Shown here piece by piece: positions 34,878-47,672 of a DNA stretch of 64,000 nucleotides (position 1 is its first letter; each line of letters begins with the position of its first letter). Below the pieces are notes generated by a model. The model did no database searches. It saw nothing but the letters and a program-made list of their open reading frames with translations, and was not told where the DNA came from. The stretch spans positions 2,976,001 to 3,040,000 of the forward strand of contig JBLDXI010000042.1 of NCBI GenBank assembly GCA_047495785.1. Direction: 5' to 3'. The position numbers were made by a program, and so were the translations under genes. The stretch is from Lepidodermella squamata (Eukaryota; Animalia; Gastrotricha).

Positions 34878-35280
34878 ATGCAGTTATTTAATAATTTCCT
34901 AATCGTTTCCGCCGTATCATTGATCATAGGCGAGGCTTCAAAATTATTCGGCTATCCGATAAAAATTCAGAGACTTAAGCTAGATAAAATTGAAGGTATG
35001 ATATAAGTAGGCTATAACCTTTTGTTATTTCAGTCTTATTGCGTTGACAGATCTGGTCGCCGCGAAAATCCTAAAATTCAAGGTAATTGATGCGGAACTT
35101 CTGCTAAAGCTCCCTCAACGGCTGCGGAGGCGTTTGGTTCGCGAGCTGCGAATAAAGAGGTGTATTTCAATTCTGATGTCCAGAAGGATATGCCGCAACT
35201 ATGCGAGTTTCCACCTTTGGGCACAACTGTTAACAAGAGACATACTTTCAGGAAGATATGACAACCTGCGTCGTTTCTGA
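34878..35280 (+). CDS. Secreted C-x9-C/WAQ family protein 7
   Basis: Signal MQLFIIISLIVSAVSLIIG; phase-1 intron ending at 35049; LRIKRCISILMSRRICRNYASFHLWAQLLTRDILSGRYD. Confidence 0.8.
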
Positions 35281-35550
35281 AATGATTAAAAAATTCTTGA
35301 TCACGCTTAATTACGGCTATTAAAAGATTTAAAAAACAAGACGTTTGAACAAGTCGATGAGCTCGGTATGTTCAAAAACTGGATTAATTTGAAACCACAG
35401 TATTATATTATTGTTTTGAGCGCAATTAATGGGATTAATCTGGTCATATTTTGCCATATGTTGGGTATTTGATCACGAAAATCACTTGAAAGGTCTTCGC
35501 TTGATCTGCGCTCTCTTGCATTCTTCATTCATTTTCTCGATCACGAACAT

Positions 35551-36074
35551 ATGTTGTCATCCCCAATAGCTCTGCTTTTCATATTCTCAGCAGCGGAGGT
35601 CGCGCACGCATCAGAACAGGAAGACTATAATTCAGTTACACATGGATATGGCGGCATACTAAAGGAGGAAGTTAGCAATCAAGTAGTTGGTAGGCAACTA
35701 CCACCTATGTTTGCGGATGAAAAAGCTGCATCGAATTCAGGACTTCTTGCTGGACAATTTAAGAAGCTGGATTGTAAGGAATCGAACAATATTTGCTTAT
35801 ATATAAGTACATATTCGCTTGTTTTTCAGCTCGAATTTCAGATCAAATCACGCGATTAAAATCAAATCCCAAGTGGAACAACTTGCCACATCAAGTTCAA
35901 GAACAGCTATTGCACGTGCTTCGACTGAAACGATGCGTCGCAGTTATTGGATCACGTGAAGTTTGCGAACACAATGTGGCGTTTTATTTATGGGCTCAAA
36001 TGCTGGCTCGTGACATCATGTCCGGTCGACTCGATCATGAATCCGCCACTTCAGATGCTTATGAAACGACATAG
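35551..36074 (+). CDS. Secreted C-x9-C/WAQ family protein 8
   Basis: Signal peptide; phase-1 intron 35774-35829; LRLKRCVAVIGSREVCEHNVAFYLWAQMLARDIMSGRLD. Confidence 0.8.
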
Positions 36075-37568
36075 CACAAAACGGTTATAGCAACGGCTGT
36101 CATCCGTCTTAAATCTGTCGAGCGAGACTCCAGATTATGAAATAAAGATTTTAGTTTTTCCTTGAAAAACATTAGAGAGAAAGCTATATTAATTGATTTT
36201 AATTGGCTCATCTTTCGCGCTAACCGTTGATTTTTCATAGCAATCCTCTTTCAAATGATATAAACGAGTTTATTGGGGCGATCTGCAATTGGGTCAATAG
36301 TAATTTGTAATATGATATATGATATACAAAAACACATAACGCATGCATGAAACATATTTTCATGGTTCAATATAGGCTAATTATGAATCCTTCGATCGCA
36401 CCCATATGACGGACTTGACCAGTTATAAAATGTTTGCCATTACCTCTTGTCTCACCAATTTTTAGAATATAAATGATCAATTTTTAAACATTTCGAGCTA
36501 TAATCTCAGCTCGCTCTTTCATCTGTCTTCACTAGATAAAGAAAAACTGTTGATATATTACGATAAGTTCAATTTTAGTTCGGCCGTACCTATGAGTATT
36601 TGTTCCTGCAACTTCAATTACTTTTCCTGCAGACCAATTAGTATCATTGCAGCTGTCAAGTGCGGGACATGCGGATTGAAAGCAGACGTTACATATTAGA
36701 CGATTCAAATCATAAGAAGACATGAGATAAGAGCGTCTTTTGCTTGAGAGAGAACCTCCCATCCGACTGAAGATTGCATGAGATATGAGGCCTCCATGCT
36801 CGAACCTGTCAGAGTACGCACCCGGCGTAGTGCGAGGTGTCTGATAATAAGACGTCACTCTAAAAATAACATGATTTTAGTCACTTCTAATTTGGTAGAG
36901 TTCAACGAGTTCTCGTGATCATTACTGCATGGCTTTCTTTTAACAAATTTCGCGTTGGAGAAATTAGTGGTTCCAGCGAGTAACTGTTCAAATGAAAATC
37001 AAATCGGTAGCTCGGGTAAATTGCCCTATTCAGCACCTCAGAATCAGTCAATGCTTGCTTTCTTCTTCCTAGGTTTATCCCTGGTAAATCGCGCCAATAC
37101 TCTTTTTGTGCCGTGGATCTAAACAGCGTCTTCAGGGTCTTCAGCTACCATTTTCTAATGAAGCCAAAGCGAGCTGTTTTTCACATATCTAGTCAGCTGG
37201 TCCGGTAGCAGCACCATAGTTGTTCATACATCGACATTGTCAAATCGCACTCTTATTACATTTCGCATATTTTGTTACCAATAAATTTCTGAGCGACAAT
37301 TTAGTTCCGTATGCTTTGACTTTAATATTGCTCAGCTAATTTTGCACCCATATAATTCATCGCGGTGCGCTGACGGGACAAACAAATGGCTGAAATCAAT
37401 CAATTATTGAGAAGAGTCGCGAGCGCTTTACAATGTCTACTAAAATAAAGCAAATATTTACCTACCTCCAGATCATTAAAACCAAAAGCTAATATTTTCC
37501 TGACTCCCTAGATTGTTGATAATTCTAGATGCTGAGCCAGATCATGCCGCTGTAAATATCAACACAAA

Positions 37569-38176
37569 ATGGAATTCTTAACAAAATTGATATGCCTCAT
37601 TTTCATCCATATTGGATCCAGTACTGCGAAAGGCATTCTTTTTTTAAATTAATTAATCATTAAATCCTAATTTTGTTTTGTAAGATTTCAAATGCTACGA
37701 AGGATGGACCAGAGATGCCAATGTTATCTTAGCAGAAATCGTCTCTGGCTGCAAATGGTGCGCGGTAAATAGAAAATTCGGCAGAATGCAAGTCAAAATT
37801 ATCGCATTTTTTTTTATAGAAAATGGTGCTGGTTACGAATGATACTATTGCCGAGGTGGCTTATCAATGCCTTCGCGTTCCACTTTCAGGCGAGAGTGAC
37901 CGCTTTGAAGCCTGTTCATCGAGCAGAAGCGTCAGGCTAACCGAGATCAACGGAACGCCGTATAAACAAGAGGTAATACTTTTTAATCTCGGCCTGCTTT
38001 TAGAATTAAACTTCATGATTATTCAGGGCTGCACATGCTGTGGAAATTTGTGCAATGACCAGGAGTTTTGCATCGACCAAGACGGCCTGGCGCAGTGCCT
38101 TGGTTTGGAGCAGCGTAAGCTGAGTGCTGAGATGCGCAAAGACCCGCCGTTGCTCAGCACTATTGACCTGCCTTAA
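37569..38176 (+). CDS. Variant three-finger/LU protein (secreted, no GPI tail)
   Basis: Signal peptide; FKCYEG...GCKWCA|KM...YQC...EAC...GCTCCGNLCN..FC; hydrophilic C-terminus. Confidence 0.78.
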
Positions 38177-38364
38177 TTGCTGCATACTCTCAAAGAATGA
38201 CGCCTTTAAAAAACTGCCTGAAAAACATATTTCATCCAAGTTTCTGTGAAAGAGAGAATTTCAGAAGCGCCGCTGTACGCTTTGACATTCTCTGAATAAA
38301 GACACATAAAACGCGTTAGAAAAGCGCGCATATTTAGGGGATTTGGAAAATTTAACATCACACG

Positions 38365-39571
38365 ATGCTATTGCAGATCTTAACAATACTCAGCTTCGGC
38401 AAGCTGGTTTCCGGCTATGGTATGAGCTGAATTTTTCCAACAGTGCAGTCCTGTATGAAATTAATTGTAGGAACTCTGACTTGCTACAACGGCACCTCGT
38501 ACGATGGAACATTTTCAGATTTTGTTGTTACTGGATGTCAAGCTTGCACCGTAAGAGCCTCAAAACATAATCGATTGTTTCATCACCATTATTCACTCTA
38601 GAAAACTGTCGCTAGTTACCAACTCGGTGGCCAAGTTTATAGCTACCACAGTTGGTCTGGCATCGGCTGCGCTGAGCGTACCGCGAACTGGACTTCGACT
38701 CTGATGAATCCGAAAGACCCAAGCGAGTGTGGAATCGCGAATTCGATAACGAATAACGGCATTCGAGCCAGTCTCTTGAATGACACCTTCAACTGCTCGA
38801 ACATCCATACTGTCAGCGTTAGTGCTCAGGAAGATAGGTTGACGTGGAAGAGCTCTTGCTTCTGTGAGTTTTAGCCTTCAAAGCCAAAGTTTCGCTATTT
38901 TATTGCCGTTTCAGGCTGCACGTCGAGATGCAATTCAGCAGACTTTGTTTGCAACAATAATAAGACTATGGATGACGCAAGAATTCCTAGCACTTTCCTT
39001 GACAAGGACACCTTGATAGACACGACGTCGGTTAAAAAGTCCGAAACTGACGATGACTATGTGATAGGAATAAGATGCTACACTGGTGTAACAGCGGGAT
39101 CTGGGTTTCCAAGCGAAGTGGCAAGGAATTGCACTGCATGCACGGTAAAATTGAACAATTGGTCTAAATCTTTCATCATTGCTGATTGCCTTTCAGAAAC
39201 ATCTTGTCAACTACCAATTCATGGGTGTCTCATCGACCTACGCCATCTGGGGCGGCGTTGGTTGCACCAAGAAATCTCCCCTGGAGCAGAAACCAGAATT
39301 TACTAGCAAATGCTTCATCAACGCATTCGGGACTAGTTTATCTACGAATTTGGCAGAATTGGACGCAGCTGTAGCTATGGTCTTTGAGAGTGAGAGCGGG
39401 GCTGACTATCAGGCCACTACAACGGTATGCTCGCCTGCCGTCACTCTCGGCCGCACTTACGATCCAAGCGGTTCAAAAGTCACTGCTGTTACCTGTTCTT
39501 GCTGCCGAAATTCATGCAATTTCCAGGGCTGGAAATGCGGAGACGACTACGATAGCTACGTTAAGGAATAG
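38365..39571 (+). CDS. Two-domain variant three-finger/LU protein (secreted)
   Basis: Domain 1: LTCYNGT...GCQACT|K...WSGIGC...CFCCTSRCNSADFVC. An acidic linker follows. Domain 2: IRCYTG...NCTACT|K...WGGVGC...CSCCRNSCN...WKC. Confidence 0.78.
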
Positions 39572-39634
39572 TAAAATCCTCACGCCAAGTTGGCATGGGT
39601 AATATTAAGAAGATAACAGTACGACATGTTTATT

Positions 39635-40293
39635 TTAGCTTGAAAGAAGCGTCTTGATAGTTAACAAAGTAAACGTAATTAAACTGAATAAATTCAATGT
39701 CGGTTTGTGAGAAGTCGAGCCTCCACAAACGAAGGAAGCAGAGTTACACAAGTTACCAGAACAGCAAACACAATAAGCTTGATAATTTGAATCGTCGGGA
39801 GAAGAACACGATTTGTAAGATTGGGTGGGCAAACAGGTTTGCACCGTGCCAACGCCGTAGGATGCTGCAGCGCCTGCAACGATGAAGGGCGAGCCAAACA
39901 AATCAACTGAAGTGTCGCAGCCATAGAAGGGACCATCGTAGCCTGAATTCCAATAACCGTAAGTTGTGCACATGAATCCGCCATAGCCATAAATCGCATA
40001 TTCCGTCGTACCTTTTCGATACTTGGTTACGGATTTCTGAAGTTCAAAATTAAATCAGATATGTTCTCGCCATAACTTAACTTACCCAACACCCTGAACA
40101 GCCGAGGAGTATTGCCTCTGGAACTCGCCCATCTTGGGTGGTACCATTGAAGCAATTAATCCCTGAAATGCAAAATTTGAGGAGGGAAATGTATGGGCTA
40201 AAACCTACCTTCTACTTGCGAGACAAACTTAATGAACGATAAATAAGTGGCGAGCAAGAAATTTAACAGGACGTTGTAGGTCTTGATATTCAT
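39635..40293 (-). CDS. Variant three-finger/LU protein, GPI-anchored
   Basis: Signal peptide; INCFNGTTQDG...GCSGCW|K...YGYGGFMC...CVCCSGNLCNSASFVC; hydrophobic tail. Confidence 0.82.
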
Positions 40294-41168
40294 TGGCGAA
40301 GCCCTAGCCACCTATCATTCAAAAACATTCGTGATGGAATAGTTATCATTTTAACCCTTTCGCTTATCGGTTGCAAGCTTGTTTCTTACGGTTAGGAACG
40401 AACAAAGACTTCATGAATTATTCATTCACTCGATATTCTCTCGGCTCGTCTGCATGTTAAGGTGGCGCTTGAAAATATCTCGAAAGGTGAGTCATAAAAC
40501 GAACTGCTCAATATATTGTTCAGCGAAGTGTTTGGAAAGTGGAAATCATTTCAACGTCAAACTTCGAAAGATTTGGCATTGATGTTCATGTCCGCACATC
40601 CCTATCCAATCCGAAGACAGTGATGACCGTTAATGACGGCATTTGTAATGGAAATATTTGGAAATGGAAATGGTGTATTCAGGCGCAAAATCAAATTCAG
40701 GTGCTTGGTTTGTAAATGATGAACCTTTTGCAATCTTAATGTTTCCTGTCAGTTATCTTCATCGGGCAAAAGAATATTTCGTATGGGATGAGCTTTGAAA
40801 CGCTAATCCAATCGATAGCGCCATCCGTCATATTATACCAGTTGGCAGACAAGTTGTAAACATGCACCCGTAGCTGAAGTTTGATCGAAGCGCTATTAGG
40901 TTGCCTGGTAACCATCAAACTAGATGTTACATCACGTTACCGATCGATGGGAAATCTTCGAGATGGAGTTTTAGCTGCCACGGGGTCGCTAAGGACACCG
41001 TGGCAACAAAAGACACATTGCGCATTGCCACGGCTTTGTTTACGCCTGGGCATCTAGGCGACAGCGCTCAGATATAAGCCGGTGCAAACGCAATATAGGC
41101 TAACATTTCGCAACTAGAACATTCACTGGGCAATAAATCTTACAGTTCGCCAAAAGAAATCCGGGACA

Positions 41169-41777
41169 ATGATCGCTTCAACCCTCGCTGTTATCGCCTT
41201 GTTTTCAGCCAGCGCCAACGCCATTTCATGCCAATATGGCAATGACGCTGGCACTGTGACGTTCAACGGTTGCACGACCTGTGTGGTAAGCTTACGTGAT
41301 ATCTACCGCATATATTGTTCTCAAGTTCCTCTTTTACTCGCCTAGAAAACTGTTTCAACCTACAAGTCCGGTAGCTACTCTTATACCATCACAAGCTACT
41401 ACGGTGTTGGAGTCGGCTGCACCGCTGCTCCTATTTCAACTACAACCGCAGTGACCCCTACTACCACGGTAGCCACCACTACTGCAGGCCCTACTCCATC
41501 TTACTCTATCGGGCTTTGCTCCCCACTAGTCGCGATCGGAACTGGAAGTTCGAACCTTGGAAGCGCTATTGTTGGCTCTGCGACCTGCTTCAACTGGAAG
41601 CAGACCACCACATGCTCATCAACTGATGGCGGCAGCTTGGCGACGTGCACTTGCTGCTCGGACAACTGCAACTCAAATCTCGCGTGTGCGCCACCAAGCG
41701 CTGCCTCGAGCGTCGTTTCGCTGTCCGCCTTCAGCCTGCTGCTCGTCGCCTTCGTCGCGATGGTTATCCGGCAGTGA
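41169..41777 (+). CDS. Variant three-finger/LU protein with Thr-rich insert, GPI-anchored
   Basis: ISCQYG...GCTTCV|K...GVGC, then TTTAVTPTTTVATTT, then CTCCSDNCN; hydrophobic tail. Confidence 0.85.
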
Positions 41778-42650
41778 AGTACATAGCTTCATCGTCTCGA
41801 GTCCCCAGCTCACAGCTAATGTTCAAAATGACCGTAATACAACTGACAATGCTTCCGCTGTTGCTGTTGTTGGATGTATCTCGCGAATTTCATCAAGTTA
41901 TGACTTAACATTAGAAATATCTTCAAATTGCCGCCTTTTTTCAAGAATAAATGTTTCCCTGTTTCCTAACTTTGGCTTCAATTTTTATCGAACCCTCGTA
42001 GTTTTGAATAAAATCGATGATGAATTCAGCATTTATTTGTTAAATTTTGTCAAAAATTGCTGGAACAAAGAGCCGCACATGAGCAAGTTTTGAAAAATGG
42101 TGATTTTCCAAGGAGAAGCGCTTGAATTTCAACTTCAGAAATTAAGTGAGAAATAGGGTTGATGTAACTTGCAACTTTAAGCTTCGATAAGAGTTTCAAT
42201 CTATGATCGTGCAAATACTGAAATCACTCCCAAGGATAAACGTGTTCCATTTATATCTGAAATAGTACACGTGTCTCTATAAATTTCTGATTTTCAATAA
42301 ATTACAAGTTTTTAATTGGACTTCGTAGCAATATTAATGGTAACAATATGATCGAGAATATTGATCTGGATTGGATTCTCGAATCATCAAATCAAAAGCA
42401 CAAACTCATCGATCGGCAACGATTCGCTGTTGCTATGTTGCGAGGACAAGACACAACTGTAACCGTGTTTCTTAGGATTCAAAACGAATCGATATCCTCA
42501 TAGCAACGCGTTGCCTAACACCAACGTCTCAAAAGATAGTTCACACCCGGCATCTTCTTAATCTTCTACCTAAGCTGTACATTTGCAAAAGGTTGAATTC
42601 AAGTCTGATATTCAAGTCTACATATTCATACATTCTTACTCAAGAGAATC

Positions 42651-43291
42651 ATGTCTTCAAAATCTGCGATCCTATTCATCTTCACGAGCCTCGTCCACCT
42701 TAGCATTGCACTTGATTGCTACAGCGGCATTGTTTACGATGAATCTACGGCTGGGCCACTAACTTACACAAATTGCGCTGCGTGCACGGTGAGAAAAAGA
42801 AAATTGCTTCAATTTTCTCATTCAATGTGTTTTTTTTATAGAAAATGACCGAGAGCTACACCTCCAGATCTGGAAAGAAAGGCGTGCGAGTTACGTATGG
42901 CTACACCGGACTGGGCATCATTAAAACTACAAGTGCTGCAAATGCTGCCAGTAATCTTGGCAATTTGATAAATCAGGGCGTTGGTGCCCTTGCCAACACA
43001 GTAAATCAGGCCTTCACCTTCGCCGGCGATTCTGGTGTCTGCTACGCGAGCTACTACACCGCGGGTTTGACCAACTCAGTGCTCATTGGCGCAGCGAAAT
43101 TCACATCTTGCTCGGCGTCATCTGTTGTTCAAACTTGCTCGGCTGACGACTCAGGCACCACTAAATCCTGTGTTTGCTGCTCGGATATGTGCAACAGCGT
43201 AAGCTACACCTGCTCAGTCGCTAATAGCCTCCGTTTCTCAGTGGTTTCGGCTATTTTGATCGCATTTGTTGGCTATATCGTCCGCGCGTGA
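42651..43291 (+). CDS. Variant three-finger/LU protein, GPI-anchored
   Basis: LDCYSG...NCAACT|KM...CVCCSDMCNSVSYTC; hydrophobic tail. Confidence 0.85.
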
Positions 43292-43627
43292 TCGATCATC
43301 AACATCAACATAAAAAGTGTGAAATTCTGTCGTTATATAGTTTCTTGATTTTCATGTTTCTTACAATTTCCTACTCCTTTGATAATTAGTAATAATTTTA
43401 ACCTCCCATGATTGTAGGCACTATAATGCCTTTCTCAACATAGAAAATTGATGAATAAATAATTGAAACAAGTATATTATGTGTTTACCAAAAAGAAAAA
43501 GGTTGCCTAGCAACGGAGACAAAAACAGTGAAGGACCTAACGAAAGGGCTGAGTTATCGATTGCTAGCAGAACCTCTTCTCACCTTGAGTGATAGAACGG
43601 TAGAATAGCATAAATCAACCACTTCAA

Positions 43628-44252
43628 ATGAGAATAGTCGAGAAATTGCTGTTTGCTGTAGCGTCTTTTTACGCCCCATGCGTCTCCGCCATCACCTGTT
43701 ACAACGGAACGACAAGTGATGGCAGCTTCCCTGGTGGGCAATTAAACGGATGTTACGGTTGTACCAAGACTATAACGCGATGGACTAGTGGAACTACTTC
43801 CTACGCCGCTTATGTTTGGGGCGGTTTCGGTTGCACTTGGGCTAATTACAATCAAATTTACACGAATGGCGACCAATATGTTGCTTCATCCGCAAATACC
43901 ATATACGGGACTTGCCAGGTGCCGTATTCGACATTCACGGGCTATTCAAGCGGGCCGACCGTGAATCTTCCGGCGTATCAAAGCGTCAGCAATCAGGTTG
44001 GGTCGAGTACGGTATGTACAGCTACGCAAACTGTCAGCTACTGTAGCAGTACTGATACAAATTACTACGCCAAATGCATATGGTAAAGCAGTTTTTAAAC
44101 CTAAATTTTCCTTAATAAAACTTAATTTTTACAGCTGTACGGATAACTGTAACTCGGCATCGTTTAGATGCAGCGCGACTCGAACAGTTAAATTTGAACT
44201 GGCTCTGTTAACGTTAGCTTTTGGCTTGATTTTCGCAAAGCTAGTCATTTGA
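43628..44252 (+). CDS. Variant three-finger/LU protein, GPI-anchored
   Basis: ITCYNGTTSDGSF..GCYGCTK..WGGFGC...KCI(C|)CTDNCNSASFRC; intron at about 44083-44134; hydrophobic tail. Confidence 0.85.
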
Positions 44253-45285
44253 GCTTGCAATATTTCCCGATTCTATTCTGCTTTCATTGTGCATACACCG
44301 AGTGGTTTGCAAATAAAGAGTCTCGACATTTGAAGCAAAAAAATGCTGGGAAATGAGAAGCTAATAATAAAACAAACGCCTTGGAGCTATGTTGGGGAAA
44401 CGCGCTGGTCATTAGCGTGTCAATTGTTTTAAGGTGGCGATGGTGACCTGCATATTCTGCATGAGCGGTCATCGCACGATATTGGGAGTGGCGCGCGGCA
44501 AGTGAAGCACTAGTAAAGCCGCTGCAAACAACTCCGGGACACGCGTGTTTGTTTACACCAATAATATATTGCCGGATGCTAATAAAGCTAATAGTGCACA
44601 TGGCTTGTCCACAATTGGTAATTTTTCGTTCGATTTTCTTATCCTTAGAGTAAACTGTGGCCCAAAACAAGTATAACTCATTTTTAGTGTGTATAAACAA
44701 CTAAATACCAGCGACACCTTATAGTTTATATGAATTCATTTCCCTACATTTTTGAAAAATACGTTAAGGAAGAATTAGTCTTTGTTCACATGGCTCGCGA
44801 ACAGTTGATATTTTACATCTGTTGTATTTGTGTAAAGATGCCACGTGCCAGACAGGCGCGTCAACTCGAGTCGGCCGCGCGGTGTTTACCCGCTGCCTTA
44901 GGCCGAATAGCCCCGAAAATAGTCGCGCACTTAGGCAGTAATCATTATATTACAGCGCGCGGAACCGCAAAACACTCAACAAGCGGGAAGACAACTGGGC
45001 GCAAACACAAACAACGAAATTTACGCGACGATCAATAATAAGCGGCTCAATTACAACTGCGGACTAATGGATAATATGATAACTTTATTGTTGAAGGTAT
45101 AACACAGTGTTGTTAGCCGCCCGCGCCTATATAGTTTGCTGATGAGCTCGATCTTGTGAGGCGTCGCTTCGCTACCAGGCATTAGCAGCTGTTACATAGG
45201 CAAATAAGGCTATATCATGTCCTCAATGTCGACCAGTCTTCTTAAAATTAGGTTGCATCGCAATAGGTGATATTTTATTCAAAAG

Positions 45286-45984
45286 ATGGTTTTTGGCCGA
45301 TGGCCAAATGGAGAGGGATTGATTGCTAGCTTGATTGCGATTTTCTTATCATCGATTCTTCCCTGTGTGAGAGGTAATATTCCTTAATTTCGGATCCTGA
45401 ATCAAAATTAACGGTTTTTATAGCAATTACCTGCTACAACTTCACTTCAGCCGATGGACTTTTCTCTTCAACTGCAACTGCCGGCGGATGTCTGGCTTGC
45501 ATGGTTAGTCTTTCGGAATCAGCTTTCAGCTTTTTCGATAGTTATTGCCCTTTTAGAGGTATACGACTATTTACACGACCATACAGCCCTCGACGCGCTA
45601 TACAATGTACCAATGGGCGTGCAGCTTACAACCGTCGACCTCTGTAATGGCACCTGGGACATCTAATGTACCCAAATGCATTGATTCGACTACAACAATT
45701 ACCTACGCCGATGGATCCCTGTACAACAAAGTCTGCACATGCTGCTCGAATTTGTTAGAAATCTCTTTATTCAATCATACCGCGACTGAAATTTATTTTC
45801 TTTTAGATGTAATTCTGATGATTTTTGCAAGCCAAATCCTAACGAGAATCCCGATACTGCCGGTATGGCTGATGTGAAATGTCTCGTTGGAAAGGCATAT
45901 TCTAACATTCCTGCCCGTGGCCTAAACTTTTTTCACTGCATGATGAGCTTATCTGCAGTTTCTTTACTTGCTCGGATATTATAG
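45286..45984 (+). CDS. Variant three-finger/LU protein (DGS subfamily)
   Basis: ITCYNFTSADG..GCLACM|R..MYQWAC..YADGSLYNKVCTCCSNL|CNSDDFC; hydrophobic tail. Confidence 0.8.
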
Positions 45985-46587
45985 ATCTACTTTCGACCTA
46001 CATCCTCCTGTCTCCACATTTTCGACACAGTTAATACCTAATGAATTACGAGACAATAAATAAATTCTTCTTCTCGAAAATGTTGTTTTCATTATAGTGC
46101 AGAGTAACATTGGCGAAAGTGACATTGATGTATATTGGCTAGCATCACGTATCACGTATCTATTGTATTTCTTCAATTAAAGATCTCAGACGTGGCCCCC
46201 TTCGACGTCTCGCTGCAAGCTGTCTCGTGACATTTGTTCAATTATATAACCTAGACATGGTCCCCTTTGAAGTAAACAACCTGATTTTGCATCCCCCTGT
46301 AGCCTATAGATTACCCAGTGAACCTCCCGGGTGTCTAAATCGAAGTCGATTTTAGCCATGTCTGATAAAAAAACAGACACTGATAATGAGTTCTTGATAA
46401 AATAATTGAACTCAAAACCATAAACTCGAATCTGACATAAATCATAATATTCCGTGGCTAGCGTGCCTGTAACAAATTTTGCATGACTCGTCCAGCAAGG
46501 AGACATGATTAACTTGCTTATAAAGGGGCGCAATTTTGAGACCAAGCGTTAATTCTTGACGATTTCAATCTTGATATTTCCTATAAA

Positions 46588-46866
46588 ATGCCTAAATTAT
46601 TTCGCATTTTCTCCGAATGGGTGATTGATGTTACTGTGAAAATCAAATCGCCAACCAAGTGTCGAGGCTACGACTACGATCGACGACGTTTGCCAATCCA
46701 AACCCCAGCATCGGCTTATGATTTGCACTATAGGAGAGCCGTTCGCCGTAAATCGGACTCCCTGGGTTGCGATGACGCGACAACGTATCATTCGTCAAAT
46801 GGTGACAAATCATCACAGTTCAATTTCACGTCCCGGCGACATTCTTACAAACAATGGTCCTTGTAA
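46588..46866 (+). CDS. WxVD-motif family member 3
   Basis: MPKLFRIFSEWVIDVTVKIKSP; Arg/Ser-rich; TATAAA about 65 nt upstream. Confidence 0.6.
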   Translation: MPKLFRIFSEWVIDVTVKIKSPTKCRGYDYDRRRLPIQTPASAYDLHYRRAVRRKSDSLGCDDATTYHSSNGDKSSQFNFTSRRHSYKQWSL

Positions 46867-47672
46867 ACGGTATAGCATAATAATCTATTGTTTTTTAATG
46901 TTTTTGATGACAATTATTCATGATTCGGCAATATTAAAATCCAATCGCTATTATTCAATTTCTCTTGTATTGTTCTCGGTATGTCTCTCGGTGCGAAAAA
47001 TTACGGTCAGCATCATCCGAAGTCCGTGATCGGGGCCGGCTAATTTTGACTTAGGTCATCAAAGTTTGGTAATCGCATATTACTGCAGCCTTAACAGCTC
47101 CATCAAAGTTTTCAAAATAGCCCCTTAATCTCCCTTAATTTTCAGCAGTGTTACCCGTCAGCTGAAGAGTCGACCTTCAGAATGTTGAGTGCGTTGATCT
47201 ATCATAGATCAAGTCCGTGATCGAAAATATTGGGGTCTCGGAATAACTATGTCCTTGAAGTCACTGGTGTCGATGTCTGCATTATTTACCATCATTTTAC
47301 GAGTTTGCCAAAGTAAATAGGAATCTTCAAAAATATCACGATTTGAAAGCCTTGAAAGCAACTATACTGTCTCTATGATACACTCAACACATTTAGTTAA
47401 CCTCCTTTTACGAAAAAAATTGAAAATTCCAACAATCATCCTTTTACTGAAGCATCAACATTGAGATAGATTGAAACAAGTTTCACCAGATAACAGCATT
47501 CAAATAAGAGGTAGCTGCAGCTTCCTCAACCCATCTCCGCGAAACTGATTGCCAGAAATAAATGCACTCATAGCATCATTTAACATCATTGGCGGGATTT
47601 TATGCTTTAACAGGTTTTAAGAGTTGAGACCATGTTATCAGTAGCAGCCTTAATATTATATGGTATTGGCAA

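Noticed and set aside
36532-36858. ORF containing MGGSLSSK and CNVC..C..C
   Set aside because: Possibly a small myristoylated protein, but there is no paralog, domain or convincing exon chain.
37620-37684. Possible GC-AG intron in the 37569 gene
   Set aside because: A nearby GT donor at 37621 gives the same phase, so it cannot be resolved without cDNA.
44284-45038. 138-aa and 102-aa ORFs between LU genes
   Set aside because: No domain, no paralog and no supporting splice structure.
47020-47223. Direct repeat aagtccgtgatcg about 190 nt apart
   Set aside because: Only 13 nt long, with no TIRs or poly-A between the copies to support an insertion with a target-site duplication.
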